Positions 46,596 to 55,816 of a stretch of DNA of 62,441 nucleotides are shown piece after piece. The translations under genes were made by a program, and so were the position numbers. Position 1 is the stretch's first letter; each line of letters begins with the position of its first letter. The notes under the pieces are model-generated. The model had not been told where the DNA came from. It made no database searches and worked only from the letters and a program-made list of their open reading frames with translations. The stretch is from Gemmatimonadales bacterium (GTDB lineage Bacteria; Gemmatimonadota; Gemmatimonadetes; Gemmatimonadales; GWC2-71-9): contig DATAVM010000195.1 in assembly GCA_036267775.1 (NCBI GenBank), forward strand, positions 1-62,441. The letters are read 5' to 3'.

Positions 46596-48766
46596 CGGCG
46601 GTCAGCGCTCCAGCGGCTCCCGCGCTTCGCGGCACCGACGCCGGTGGTCGTGGACCAGTCCCACGGCCCGCGGTCCGGACCGGTGGTGGCAGTCCGGCGA
46701 GTCGCATCGCCGCCAGCCTCAAGCTTGGCGCCGGTGCCGAGACGTGGCTCGCGATCGGTGTGGTCGTGATCGTCGCACTGCTGGTGGTACCGCTGCCGCC
46801 GCCGGTGCTTGACGCGCTGCTCACCCTGAGTCTCGGCCTCTCCATCGTGGTGCTGCTGGTGACGCTCAACACGATCGATCCGATCGAGTTCAGCAGCTTC
46901 CCCACGCTGCTTCTGCTGATGACGCTGCTGCGCCTGGGGCTCAACGTGAGCACCACGCGCCTCATTCTCGGCCGCGGTTACGCCGGCGAAGTGATCAACG
47001 CCTTCGGCCATTTTCTCATCGGCGGCAATCTCGTTGTCGGGCTCGTGATCTTCCTGATTCTGATCGTCATCAACTTCATGGTGATCACCAAGGGCGCGGG
47101 GCGCATCGCCGAAGTCGCGGCGCGCTTTACTCTTGACGCCATGCCCGGCAAGCAGATGGCGATCGACGCCGACCTCGGTGCCGGATTGATCGACGAGACG
47201 GAAGCGAGGCGTCGCCGGAGCGAGGTGGCGCGTTACGCCGATTTTTACGGCGCCATGGACGGTGCGGCCAAGTTCGTGCGCGGCGATGCGGTCGCGTGCC
47301 TGGTGATCACGGCGATCAATCTCGTCGGCGGCTTTGTCATCGGCATGGCGCAGCAGGGACTGAGCATGACCGAGTCGATGTCGACGTACACCACGCTCAC
47401 AATCGGCGACGGGCTCGTCACGCAGATTCCGGCGCTCATCGTCAGCACCGCGGCCGGCGTGATCGTCACGTACGGTGCGTCGTCGTCGGGCGCGGGGCTC
47501 GCGCTTGCCACGCAACTCACCCGGCAACCGCGGGCGCTCGGCATGGCCGCCGCCATTCTCGGCGGACTCGCCTTGCTGCCCGGTCTGCCGGCCATTCCGT
47601 TCCTGCTGCTGGGAGCAGGTGTCGGCGCGCTGGGTTGGCGGAATCGCACCATGCCCAAGACCGCCGCGGCCGCGGCGCGCACGCCGGCGCAGGCTGCCGC
47701 CGCGGCACCCGCCGCCCAGATGAAGGAACTGCTGCAGGTCGAGCCGCTCGAAGTGGAGATTGGCTACGCGTTGATTCCGCTCGTGGACGAAGCGCAGCAG
47801 GGCGATCTCCTGCATCGCATTGGCATCGTGCGCCGGCAGGTGGCAATCGAGCTCGGGATCATCGTGCCGCCCGCGCGCATCCGCGACAACATCCAGCTTG
47901 CGCCCACGGAATACGCCATCAAGTTGCGCGGCGTGCGCGTGGCCGGCGGCGAGATCATGCCGCGCTATCTCCTGGCGCTCGACACCACCGGCAAGGCCGG
48001 GCCAGTCGAAGGAATTCGCACCACCGATCCGACGTTCGGCATTCCCGCGCTCTGGATCACATCCGACAGGCGCCTGGACGCGGAGACGGAGGGCTACAAC
48101 GTCGTCGAAGCGCCGACCGTGTTGTCGACGCACTTGATGGAAACCATCCGCCGCCACGCCGGCGACATTCTCGGACGCCAGGATGTCCGCCAGCTCGTCG
48201 ACACCCTGCGCGAAGTGCATCCCGCGCTGGTCGACGATCTCATTCCGGCCAAGGTGTCCCTCGGCACACTCCATCGCGTGCTGCAGCGCCTGCTGCGTGA
48301 AGGGCTGCCGATCCGCGACCTCGTGACCATTCTCGAAGCGCTCGCCGACGCCGCCGAGACCAGCAAGGATCCGGAAGTGCTGACGGAGCAGGTCCGGCGC
48401 GCACTTGCCACCGTGGTGGCGCAGCTCTTTGCCGATCCCGATGGCACGGTGCGCGGCATCACCATCGGCTCCAGGCTCGAGGCCGCACTCATGCAGCTCT
48501 TTGCCCCGCGTGCCACGCGCGAAGGCCATGTGCCGCTGGAACCGGATCAGCTCACCATACTGCTTCGCACGCTGGGCGACGAAGTGAAGAACCTGCGACG
48601 CGAAGGTCGCTCGCGCCCGCTGATCACGCCGCCGGCGCTGCGGGTGGGTATCCGCCGCCTGGTCGAACCGATCCTGCCCGATCTGTCCGTTATTTCGCTC
48701 GGGGAATTGCCACCGCCAACGCCGGTCAAGAGTCTGGCGATCTGGGAGCTGAACCGTGTCTCTTGA
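46592..48766 (+). CDS. flhA: flagellar export-gate protein FlhA
   Basis: FPTLLLLMTLLRLGLNVSTTRLIL, FVRGDAVA, a large cytoplasmic domain. GTGA overlap with flhB. The N-terminal approx 40 residues may be shorter. Confidence 0.93.
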   Translation: MTAVSAPAAPALRGTDAGGRGPVPRPAVRTGGGSPASRIAASLKLGAGAETWLAIGVVVIVALLVVPLPPPVLDALLTLSLGLSIVVLLVTLNTIDPIEFSSFPTLLLLMTLLRLGLNVSTTRLILGRGYAGEVINAFGHFLIGGNLVVGLVIFLILIVINFMVITKGAGRIAEVAARFTLDAMPGKQMAIDADLGAGLIDETEARRRRSEVARYADFYGAMDGAAKFVRGDAVACLVITAINLVGGFVIGMAQQGLSMTESMSTYTTLTIGDGLVTQIPALIVSTAAGVIVTYGASSSGAGLALATQLTRQPRALGMAAAILGGLALLPGLPAIPFLLLGAGVGALGWRNRTMPKTAAAAARTPAQAAAAAPAAQMKELLQVEPLEVEIGYALIPLVDEAQQGDLLHRIGIVRRQVAIELGIIVPPARIRDNIQLAPTEYAIKLRGVRVAGGEIMPRYLLALDTTGKAGPVEGIRTTDPTFGIPALWITSDRRLDAETEGYNVVEAPTVLSTHLMETIRRHAGDILGRQDVRQLVDTLREVHPALVDDLIPAKVSLGTLHRVLQRLLREGLPIRDLVTILEALADAAETSKDPEVLTEQVRRALATVVAQLFADPDGTVRGITIGSRLEAALMQLFAPRATREGHVPLEPDQLTILLRTLGDEVKNLRREGRSRPLITPPALRVGIRRLVEPILPDLSVISLGELPPPTPVKSLAIWELNRVS

Positions 48767-49697
48767 AATCTTTACTGGCAACAATCTGCCGCAGCTGCTC
48801 ACTACGATTCGCACCGCCATGGGGCCCGATGCCTGTGTGGTGCAACTCCGCCGCAAGGGCGAGCAATTCGAACTCATCGCTTCTGATGGAACCGGCCAGT
48901 TTGCCGCACCCGAAGCGTCGCGCATCGCGGAGCCGGTGCGACGCGCTCCGGCACCGGTGGTGCCAGCCGCACCGCGGGCGCCGATCCAGCCCGACTTTCG
49001 CGACGTGCTTGCCGATCGCATGGAGGAGCTGCCGGTCGCGCGTCCGACGCCGCGAGCGGTGCCAGTACAACCGGCCGCGGCCAAGGCGGAGCGCCCGGCC
49101 TACATGGTGCGGCCCTGGATTGTCGCACTCGTGGGACCGACCGGCGCGGGCAAGACGACCACGATCGCCAAGCTCGCCACCAACGCCGACGGCTTCCTCG
49201 GCTCGCGCGTCGGCCTGCTCGGTCTCGACACCTATCGCATTGGTGCGGTCGAACAGCTCGAGACCTACGCCGATCTCGCCAATCTGCCGGTGGAGATCGT
49301 CTACAGCACCGCGGAGCTCGCGCCGGCGCTCGCACGTCTCAACGATTGCGAAGTGATTCTGGTCGACACTCCCGGCCGCAGCCCGCGCAACGCCGCCGAT
49401 ACCGAGACGATCCGCGGGTGGCTTGCGCAGATCGCGCCCGATGAGGTGCATCTCACATTGCCCGCGGGACAGCTGGCCGCGGTGAGTCGCCGATCGATGC
49501 GCTCCTTCGCATCCTTCGGTGTGACGCACCTTCTCGCCACCAAACTGGACGAGAACCCCACGGAAACGGTGCTGTTCAACCTCGCGGCGGAACATGGCCG
49601 TCCCATGCGCTGGATCACCGATGGACAGGAAGTGCCGGCCGATCTGCGTACCGCCGTGGTTCCGGCTGCGGCCGGTGCATGGGCTGGGGCCGCGTGA
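48756..49697 (+). CDS. flhF: flagellar SRP-type GTPase FlhF
   Basis: VALVGPTGAGKTTTIAKLA, DTPGRSPR, TKLDE. Confidence 0.9.
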   Translation: MSLEIFTGNNLPQLLTTIRTAMGPDACVVQLRRKGEQFELIASDGTGQFAAPEASRIAEPVRRAPAPVVPAAPRAPIQPDFRDVLADRMEELPVARPTPRAVPVQPAAAKAERPAYMVRPWIVALVGPTGAGKTTTIAKLATNADGFLGSRVGLLGLDTYRIGAVEQLETYADLANLPVEIVYSTAELAPALARLNDCEVILVDTPGRSPRNAADTETIRGWLAQIAPDEVHLTLPAGQLAAVSRRSMRSFASFGVTHLLATKLDENPTETVLFNLAAEHGRPMRWITDGQEVPADLRTAVVPAAAGAWAGAA

Positions 49698-50536
49698 ACG
49701 ACCAGGCCGCCAGGCTTCGCCTGGTGTCGCGTGATACCACGCCGTTCCTGGCCGCGGAGGGCGGCCCTGCCACGCCGGCACTCGTGGTCGGCAGCGGCAA
49801 GGGTGGCGTCGGCAAGTCGCTCATTGCCATCGGGATGAGCGCCGCACTCGCCGCGCGCGGCCGCAAGGTCCTGCTCGTCGACGGCGATCAGAACCTCGGC
49901 AATCTCCACGTGCTGCTCGGCGTGCGCCCCGTGCTCACGCCCGCGTCGCTGCTGCACGACGCCGCAACACCGGAAGAGTTGCTCATTGCCGTCGCTACCA
50001 ATCTCTGGCTCCTGCCTGCCGATTCAGGGTCCGAGAGCATGCACGGCCTCGGCGCCACCGACCGCGCGCGCCTGCATCGTCGCATGACGACCGTCTATCG
50101 CAACTTCGACACGGTCATTGTCGATGCCGCAGCCGGTCTGGACAGTGCGTTGCGCTGCGTGTCCTTGCATGCGACGCGACTGGTGGTGGTCACCGTCCCC
50201 GAAGCTACCGCACTGACCGATGCGTACGCGCTGATGAAGATCGTGCATGGCCGACTGCCGAGCTTGCCGCTCGATGTCGTGGTCAACTCGGTGCGCGGTG
50301 AGCACGATGGCACCACCGCGTATGCGCGTCTGGCCGAGGCGGCGCAGCGCTTTCTCAATCGGACGCCGCGTTATCTGGGAAGTGTTCCGGAAGATGCAAC
50401 GCTGCGCGGCGTGGCCAGCACACCGCACCGTCTGCTCGGACCTGCCGAGGGTGGCATGGCGCTCAGCGCGATCGCACGGATCGCGCTGGAAGAACTTGAC
50501 GCTCCGGTCCCGGCATCCGTGGCGGCGGTGTCGTGA
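49679..50536 (+). CDS. flhG: MinD/ParA-type ATPase FlhG (FleN/YlxH)
   Basis: VVGSGKGGVGKSLIAIGMSAALA deviant Walker A, VLLVDGD. Start ATG 49679 or GTG 49694. Confidence 0.88.
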   Translation: MGWGRVNDQAARLRLVSRDTTPFLAAEGGPATPALVVGSGKGGVGKSLIAIGMSAALAARGRKVLLVDGDQNLGNLHVLLGVRPVLTPASLLHDAATPEELLIAVATNLWLLPADSGSESMHGLGATDRARLHRRMTTVYRNFDTVIVDAAAGLDSALRCVSLHATRLVVVTVPEATALTDAYALMKIVHGRLPSLPLDVVVNSVRGEHDGTTAYARLAEAAQRFLNRTPRYLGSVPEDATLRGVASTPHRLLGPAEGGMALSAIARIALEELDAPVPASVAAVS

Positions 50537-51300
50537 CGTCAACCCGGCCGCCGTCCGCGCGCGAAGCGCTCTGGCAGCGTTACCACGATACGGGCGACGC
50601 CGAGGCGCGCGCGGAGCTGCTGTCGCAACATCTGGGGCTGGTGCATCACGCGGTGCGACAGATTGCCGGGCGCGTGGGCGATGCTGTTGGTCTCGAGGAC
50701 TTGATTGGTGCCGGATGTCTGGGGCTGCTGCGCGCGTTCGAGGGCTTTGATCCGTCCCTGGGAGTGGCGTTCACCACCTACGCCACCCAGCGCATTCGTG
50801 GCACCGTGCTCGATGAATTGCGGTCGGCCGATCGTTTGCCGCGCAATCCGCGAGCGCAGGCGCGTGCCGTGCAGCGCGCTACCAACGCCGTGGCGCAGCG
50901 GCTGGGCCGCAAAGCCACGCCAGGTGAGGTCGCCGCGGAACTGTCGGTCGATCTGCCCACCTACTGGGAGTGGTTTTCGCTGGCGGAGAGCGGCGCCACC
51001 GTCTCACTCGACACGCCCCGCGCCGGCGACGATCACACCATGCGCCTGGCCGACCAGCTCCCCGATCCCAATGCGGCGGTGCCCGGTGCTACGCTCGAGC
51101 TGGCAGACCAGCGGACGCTGGTGCGCGAAGCGATCGCCGACCTGCCGGAGCAGCAGCGCGTGGTCCTGGCGCTCTGCTACGATGAAGGATTGAGCCTGCG
51201 GCAGATCGCCGAGGTGCTGCATGTGACTGAATCACGGATATCGCAGGTGCGATCGGCTGCCCTGCGCGCATTGCGCGCCCGTCTTGCGGAGAACGCCTGA
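50533..51300 (+). CDS. fliA: flagellar sigma factor FliA (sigma-28)
   Basis: 255 aa. Regions 2-4 (HLGLVHHAVRQI, FTTYATQRIRGTVLDELR, LSLRQIAEVLHVTESRISQVR). Confidence 0.93.
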   Translation: MTSTRPPSAREALWQRYHDTGDAEARAELLSQHLGLVHHAVRQIAGRVGDAVGLEDLIGAGCLGLLRAFEGFDPSLGVAFTTYATQRIRGTVLDELRSADRLPRNPRAQARAVQRATNAVAQRLGRKATPGEVAAELSVDLPTYWEWFSLAESGATVSLDTPRAGDDHTMRLADQLPDPNAAVPGATLELADQRTLVREAIADLPEQQRVVLALCYDEGLSLRQIAEVLHVTESRISQVRSAALRALRARLAENA

Positions 51301-51821
51301 TGAATCGTCGTCTGATGATTGTGCTCGTGGCCGTGATCGCATTGCTGACCGTTGCGCCGCACCTGCCGGCGTGGGTGCCGCTCGCGTGGGCCGCCGTGCG
51401 GAGCGCGGACTACGCCGCGCTCGCCGCGACGGCGTTGCAGCAGCGCTGGCTCATTCCTGCCGGTGTGGCGGCGAGTGGTGTGCTGCTGCTGGGCCTGCTG
51501 GTGCAGTTGATCCGGCGACGGCGCCGCGAGTCGGCACTGCCGAGCGTGGTGCCGGCGCGCGCTCCGCGGATGGCGGCGTGTGAGGTTCTTCCCAAGCCGA
51601 TTGAAACAGCAGCAGCGCCGGTGACGGTGCCGGCGGCGTTGGTTGAGCCCTCGAAGTGGGCCAGGGCAGTGCCGGCGCGAACCAGCGCGCGGCGCGAATC
51701 GGTGCGCCGGCTGTCGCAACAGGGGCGCTCGGTGGTGGAGATCTCGCGTGCCACGCGCATCGGGCAGGACGGCGTCCGGCTTCTGGTCTCGCTTCCCCGG
51801 ATCGCGGCCGATGCGCGTTAG
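51300..51821 (+). CDS. hypothetical membrane protein with C-terminal HTH-like segment (swrB position after fliA)
   Basis: ATGA overlap with the fliA stop. Two hydrophobic helices, an RRRRR stop-transfer, and C-terminal VRRLSQQGRSVVEISRATRIGQDGVRLLV. Confidence 0.55.
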   Translation: MNRRLMIVLVAVIALLTVAPHLPAWVPLAWAAVRSADYAALAATALQQRWLIPAGVAASGVLLLGLLVQLIRRRRRESALPSVVPARAPRMAACEVLPKPIETAAAPVTVPAALVEPSKWARAVPARTSARRESVRRLSQQGRSVVEISRATRIGQDGVRLLVSLPRIAADAR

Positions 51822-51884
51822 CCAAGCCAGGCATGAATTGCCGGTCAGAGTTGCCGCCGCCGTGAGTGACCCGGGCCGCGGCGC

Positions 51885-51895
51885 TGTAACCCATT
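51885..51895 (+). promoter_or_regulatory. TGTAACCCATT box upstream of the flgF sigma-54 promoter
   Basis: Exact copy of 31169..31179. GTAACC pairs with GGTTAC at 51907..51912 as an inverted repeat. Confidence 0.4.
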
Positions 51896-51926
51896 GCCAC
51901 AACGCCGGTTACAAAATGGCACTCCG

Positions 51927-51942
51927 GGGCATGGCGATTGCG
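51927..51942 (+). promoter_or_regulatory. sigma-54-type promoter of the flgF operon
   Basis: gGGGCATggcgaTTGCg with GG 51928-29 and GC 51940-41 (N10). An overlapping TGGCAC at 51917 has its GC one nt out of register. Confidence 0.45.
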
Positions 51943-51968
51943 ATTGCGCCATTGATCGAGGAGTCGAC

Positions 51969-52667
51969 ATGACACTGCCGGCAATCGTCAACACCGCGCG
52001 CACGCTGTCGTACTACAGCACGCTGCAGGACATCACGGCGAACAATCTCGCCAATGCCAGCAGCGACGGCTACAAGGCCGACCTCGTCACCGCGCATCTC
52101 ACCGCGGGGGAGCAGTACCCCGAGGTGTTCCAGAGCATCAACCTCACGCAGGCCGATCTGCGCGACACCGGCCGGCCGCTCGACGTCGGGTTGCAAGGCA
52201 GCGGCTTCACGGTCGTGCAGACGCCGGACGGCGAGCGGCTCACGCGCGGCGGGAGCTTCGCGCTCAACCAGGCCGGCATGCTTGTCGACGGCCAGGGCAA
52301 CGCGGTGCTCGGCGTCGCCGGTCCGATGGTGATGCCCAATGCGCGCAAGATCACGATCGATCCCGACGGCACCGTCACCGCCGACGGCACGGTGGTGGGC
52401 AAGCTCAAGCTCGAGAACGTCGCGGATCCGAGCACGCTGCGGAAGGAAGGGAACGGCCAGTTCTCCGTGACCGGTGGTGCCAGCACGCCGGCCGCGCCGG
52501 CGGATGCAATGGTCCATCAGGGCACCATCGAAGGCAGCAACGTGTCGGCGCTGCTGGGCTCGGTCGACATGATCATGATTCAACGCGCGTATGCGGCGAG
52601 TGTCGACGCGCTCAAGGCGATGGACGGCGTGCTCGATACCATCAGCGGCGAAATTGGCCGCGTCTAG
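51969..52667 (+). CDS. flgF: flagellar proximal rod protein FlgF
   Basis: ATG 51969 five nt after GAGGAG. MTLPAIVNTARTLSYYSTLQDITANNLANASSDGYK... C-terminal IEGSNVSALLGSVDMIMIQRAYAAS. Confidence 0.85.
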   Translation: MTLPAIVNTARTLSYYSTLQDITANNLANASSDGYKADLVTAHLTAGEQYPEVFQSINLTQADLRDTGRPLDVGLQGSGFTVVQTPDGERLTRGGSFALNQAGMLVDGQGNAVLGVAGPMVMPNARKITIDPDGTVTADGTVVGKLKLENVADPSTLRKEGNGQFSVTGGASTPAAPADAMVHQGTIEGSNVSALLGSVDMIMIQRAYAASVDALKAMDGVLDTISGEIGRV

Positions 52668-52694
52668 GACTCACAAGCTCAAGGAACGGAAGCC

Positions 52695-53477
52695 ATGGAT
52701 CCGGGACTCAGAACGTCCGCGAGCGGCATGATCGCGCAGCAGAAGATGGTCGACGTCATCGCGAACAATCTCGCGAACGTCAACACCACGGGCTTCAAGC
52801 GGAGCCGCGCGTCGTTCGAGGACGTGCTCTACGAGACGGTGCAGGGGCCCCACACGGCAGGCGGCGACAACATCGTCGGACCGATGCAGATCGGCCACGG
52901 CGTGCGGCTTGCCGCGGTCAATCGCATTGACGGCCAGGGCGGGCCGCAGGTGACCAACCGGCCGCTTGACCTCGCCATCAACGGCGAAGGCTACTTCCAG
53001 GTGCAGATGCCCGACGGCAGCACCGCCTACACGCGCGACGGGTCGTTCACGCTGTCGGCCACCGGCCAGCTGGTGACCAACGACGGCAACGCGCTCGTCC
53101 CCAACATCGTGATCCCGCCCGATTCCACCGCGATCACCATCGGACCCGACGGCACGGTGTCGGTGACGGGCGGCAAGACCGCACAGACCGTGGAAGTGGG
53201 CAAGATCGAACTCGCCCGCTTTGCCAATTCCACCGGTCTCATCAACCTCGGCGGCAATCTCTTTGGCGAGACGATCGCATCGGGCGACGCGACGGTCGGT
53301 CAGCCCGAAGTCGACGGATTCGGTTCGCTGCTGCAGGGCAATCTCGAATCCAGCAACGTGGAAGTGGTGCAGGAAATGACCGACATGATCGCGGCGCAGC
53401 GAGCCTACGAAATCAACTCGCGCGCCATCAGTGCCTCGGAAGACATGGCAAAGTCGATCAATGATCTGGTGCAGTAG
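52695..53477 (+). CDS. flgG: flagellar distal rod protein FlgG
   Basis: MDPGLRTSASGMIAQQKMVDVIANNLANVNTTGFK...LESSNVEVVQEMTDMIAAQRAYEINSRAI. Confidence 0.93.
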   Translation: MDPGLRTSASGMIAQQKMVDVIANNLANVNTTGFKRSRASFEDVLYETVQGPHTAGGDNIVGPMQIGHGVRLAAVNRIDGQGGPQVTNRPLDLAINGEGYFQVQMPDGSTAYTRDGSFTLSATGQLVTNDGNALVPNIVIPPDSTAITIGPDGTVSVTGGKTAQTVEVGKIELARFANSTGLINLGGNLFGETIASGDATVGQPEVDGFGSLLQGNLESSNVEVVQEMTDMIAAQRAYEINSRAISASEDMAKSINDLVQ

Positions 53478-54126
53478 TCTCCTCGCCGCGGGCCTGGCAT
53501 TCGCGCCGGCCCACGCGGATTCGGTCCCACGCGCAAACCTCGTGGCAGCGGTGCGCCGCGAGATCGCCGCGCGGTGGAGTGTGGACACCGCCGCGCTGCA
53601 GCTTGAGTGGGGACTCCTGCCGCCCATGCCGGCCGATTCCGCGCTGCCGCCCTTTCACTTGAGCGGCGCCGGCACCGATGGCTGGTTTGTCGTGATCATG
53701 ACGCCAGCCCACGGCGGAGCACGTGCGGCGCGCGTTCGCGCGGGGGTCGTCCGGAGTGTTCCGTCTGCTGCGCGCGATCTGCACATTGGCGATCACATCA
53801 CGGCGGACGCGGTGGTGCTCAAGCAGCAGGTCGTCTGGGGCATCGCGTCCGTGGCACTTCCCGCGAGTCTCGCCGGCTGGGAAATGCGGCGCGATCTGCA
53901 TCAGGGCGAAGCCTTTGCGCCCATGTTGATCACCGCACCCCGTCTGGTCAGCGTCGGCGATCATGTGGTGCTCACCTGGGATCAGCGTGGCGTGCACATC
54001 GAGCGCGACGCTGTCGCACTCACCAGTGCCCGCCTCGGTGAACTCGTGCAGGCCCGCGCCGGCACAGTGCGCCTCACTGCACGCGTTACGGCCCCGGATA
54101 CGGCGCTCGCCGAGGGTGGCCAGTGA
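53461..54126 (+). CDS. flgA: flagellar P-ring assembly chaperone FlgA
   Basis: ATG 53461 (MIWCSSLLAAGLAFAPAHA signal peptide). SAF-like domain (DLHIGDHITADAVVLK). Precedes flgH/flgI. Confidence 0.75.
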   Translation: MIWCSSLLAAGLAFAPAHADSVPRANLVAAVRREIAARWSVDTAALQLEWGLLPPMPADSALPPFHLSGAGTDGWFVVIMTPAHGGARAARVRAGVVRSVPSAARDLHIGDHITADAVVLKQQVVWGIASVALPASLAGWEMRRDLHQGEAFAPMLITAPRLVSVGDHVVLTWDQRGVHIERDAVALTSARLGELVQARAGTVRLTARVTAPDTALAEGGQ

Positions 54127-54764
54127 GCCGGCGCGCGATCGTCGCATCGTTCGGCGCGCTTGGTGCGCTGCTGCTCGTGTGCGCACCGCTCAGGGCACAG
54201 GCCAAGACCGCCAAACCGCCCAAGAATGCCAAGGGCGCCCCCAAGGACACCGTGGTGGTGCCGCCTGCGCCGGTCGGCCGCCTGTCGTGGACCTCGGACA
54301 GACGGCCGTTGCGGGTGGGCGACCTTCTCACGGTCGTTGTCGATGAATCGACCGTGGCCAACGAGAGCAGCACCACGCAGGCGCATCTCACGCGCAGTCA
54401 GAACGGCACGCTCAACACCGATCTCGCGCCCGCCAAGCTCAAGTCGGTAGGGATCGGATACGGTGCCCAGTCGGATGCAGGCTCCACCGCGGGGCGGAGC
54501 GGCGATCTCACGTCGATCGTCAGCGTCCGCGTGACGTCAATCGAACCCGGCGGCATCGCGCATGTGTCCGGCGACAAGACCGTCACCGTCGACGGGCGCA
54601 AGCAGCAGGTGCGTCTGGTGGGCGTTGTCCGCGCCGAAGACATTGCGGCGGACAACACCGTGGCGTCGAGCCGCGTCGCTGATGCCGTGATCAGCTATCA
54701 GGGCAAGAAGATCGGTCCCACCACCGGCATCATCGGCAAGTTCCTGTCGATCCTGTGGCCGTGA
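54123..54764 (+). CDS. flgH: flagellar L-ring lipoprotein FlgH
   Basis: Signal peptide ending LLLVC. RPLRVGDLLTVVVDESTVANESS..., VRVTSIEPGGIAHVSGDKTVTVDG, IADNTVASSRVADAVISYQGKG-like. Confidence 0.9.
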   Translation: MSRRAIVASFGALGALLLVCAPLRAQAKTAKPPKNAKGAPKDTVVVPPAPVGRLSWTSDRRPLRVGDLLTVVVDESTVANESSTTQAHLTRSQNGTLNTDLAPAKLKSVGIGYGAQSDAGSTAGRSGDLTSIVSVRVTSIEPGGIAHVSGDKTVTVDGRKQQVRLVGVVRAEDIAADNTVASSRVADAVISYQGKKIGPTTGIIGKFLSILWP

Positions 54765-55816
54765 TCGCGGCGGGTGTGCGGCGCACGGCGTTGACGCTCC
54801 TGGCCGCATGCGGAGCGGTCTTGCCGCTTGCCGCGCAGGCGCGTGTGGCCGACCTCACCACGCACGGCGGCGATGTGCCGGTGCGTCTGGTGGGCTATGG
54901 TCTCGTGGTCGGTCTCGAAGGCACCGGCGATCGAAGCTTCGGCACGTCGTCGGGCGCGGTGCAGACCGTCCGCTCGGTCACCAATCTGCTCCGCCGCTTC
55001 AACATTGAAGTTCCCGACGATCGGATCAGGCTCCGCAACGTCGCGGCGGTGCTGGTGACGGCCGAGGTGTCGCCGTATTTGCGACCCGGCGGGCGCTTTG
55101 ATATTCAGGTTGCGTCGCTCGGCGATGCGACGTCGTTGCGTGGAGGCGTGTTGTGGGTGACACCGCTGCTGACGTCGCCCGATGCGCCGCCGATCGCTTC
55201 GGCCCAGGGTGCCATGCCAATTCAGCCCAACGACCGATCGTATCCCGGCAGTCCCGGCATGGTGAGCGGACGCGTGTCCGATGGCGGTGTGCTGGAGATG
55301 TCGTTGCCGCTGGTCGTGGCGGAGACCACGCCAACACTGGCCTTGCGGGCGCCGGACATTGGCACGGCGTCGCGCATTGTCGCGGCGATCAATGCCGCGC
55401 ACGGGGCGGGCACCGCCAGGGTGGAAGACGCCGGCTCGGTCGCGCTCAAGCTCCCCGCGGCCGACAGCACCAACAGCGCGGCGGCGTTCCTCGCGGCGAT
55501 CGATACGCTGGCCGTCGCGATGCCTCCGGTCTCGCGCATCGTGATCGACGCGCACAGCGGCGTGGTGGTAGCGGGTGGCGAGATCCATGTGGCGAGCGCG
55601 GTGATCTCCCTCAAGGGAATCACGGTGCGCGTGGGCGATTCGATCAGCGCCAACGCGACCGCCACGCCGGGTGTTCTTGCCCTGGGCTCAGGCAGTTCGG
55701 TGCGTGACATCGCCGTGGGATTGCAGGCGCTTGGAGCACTGCCGTCGGAGGTCGCGACCGTCTTTGACGGGCTCAGGGCGGCCGGTGCGATCACCGCAGC
55801 GGTGGTGATCCGATGA
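54755..55816 (+). CDS. flgI: flagellar P-ring protein FlgI
   Basis: RVADLTTHGGDVPVRLVGYGLVVGLEGTGD..., LRGGVLWVTPL, ...GAITAAVVIR. Confidence 0.93.
   Translation: MAVIAAGVRRTALTLLAACGAVLPLAAQARVADLTTHGGDVPVRLVGYGLVVGLEGTGDRSFGTSSGAVQTVRSVTNLLRRFNIEVPDDRIRLRNVAAVLVTAEVSPYLRPGGRFDIQVASLGDATSLRGGVLWVTPLLTSPDAPPIASAQGAMPIQPNDRSYPGSPGMVSGRVSDGGVLEMSLPLVVAETTPTLALRAPDIGTASRIVAAINAAHGAGTARVEDAGSVALKLPAADSTNSAAAFLAAIDTLAVAMPPVSRIVIDAHSGVVVAGGEIHVASAVISLKGITVRVGDSISANATATPGVLALGSGSSVRDIAVGLQALGALPSEVATVFDGLRAAGAITAAVVIR

Noticed and set aside
44352-49084. 641-aa and 847-aa minus-strand ORFs (44352..46277, 46541..49084)
   Set aside because: They are antisense to fliQ/fliR/flhB and flhA/flhF. They have an extreme Arg/His/Gly/Asp composition and no recognisable domains.
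51917-51931. TGGCACtccggGGCA as the flgF sigma-54 promoter
   Set aside because: It has a perfect -24 half, but the GC of the -12 half is one nt out of register. I kept the overlapping GGGCAT-N5-TTGC (51927..51942) as the primary call. The choice remains ambiguous.
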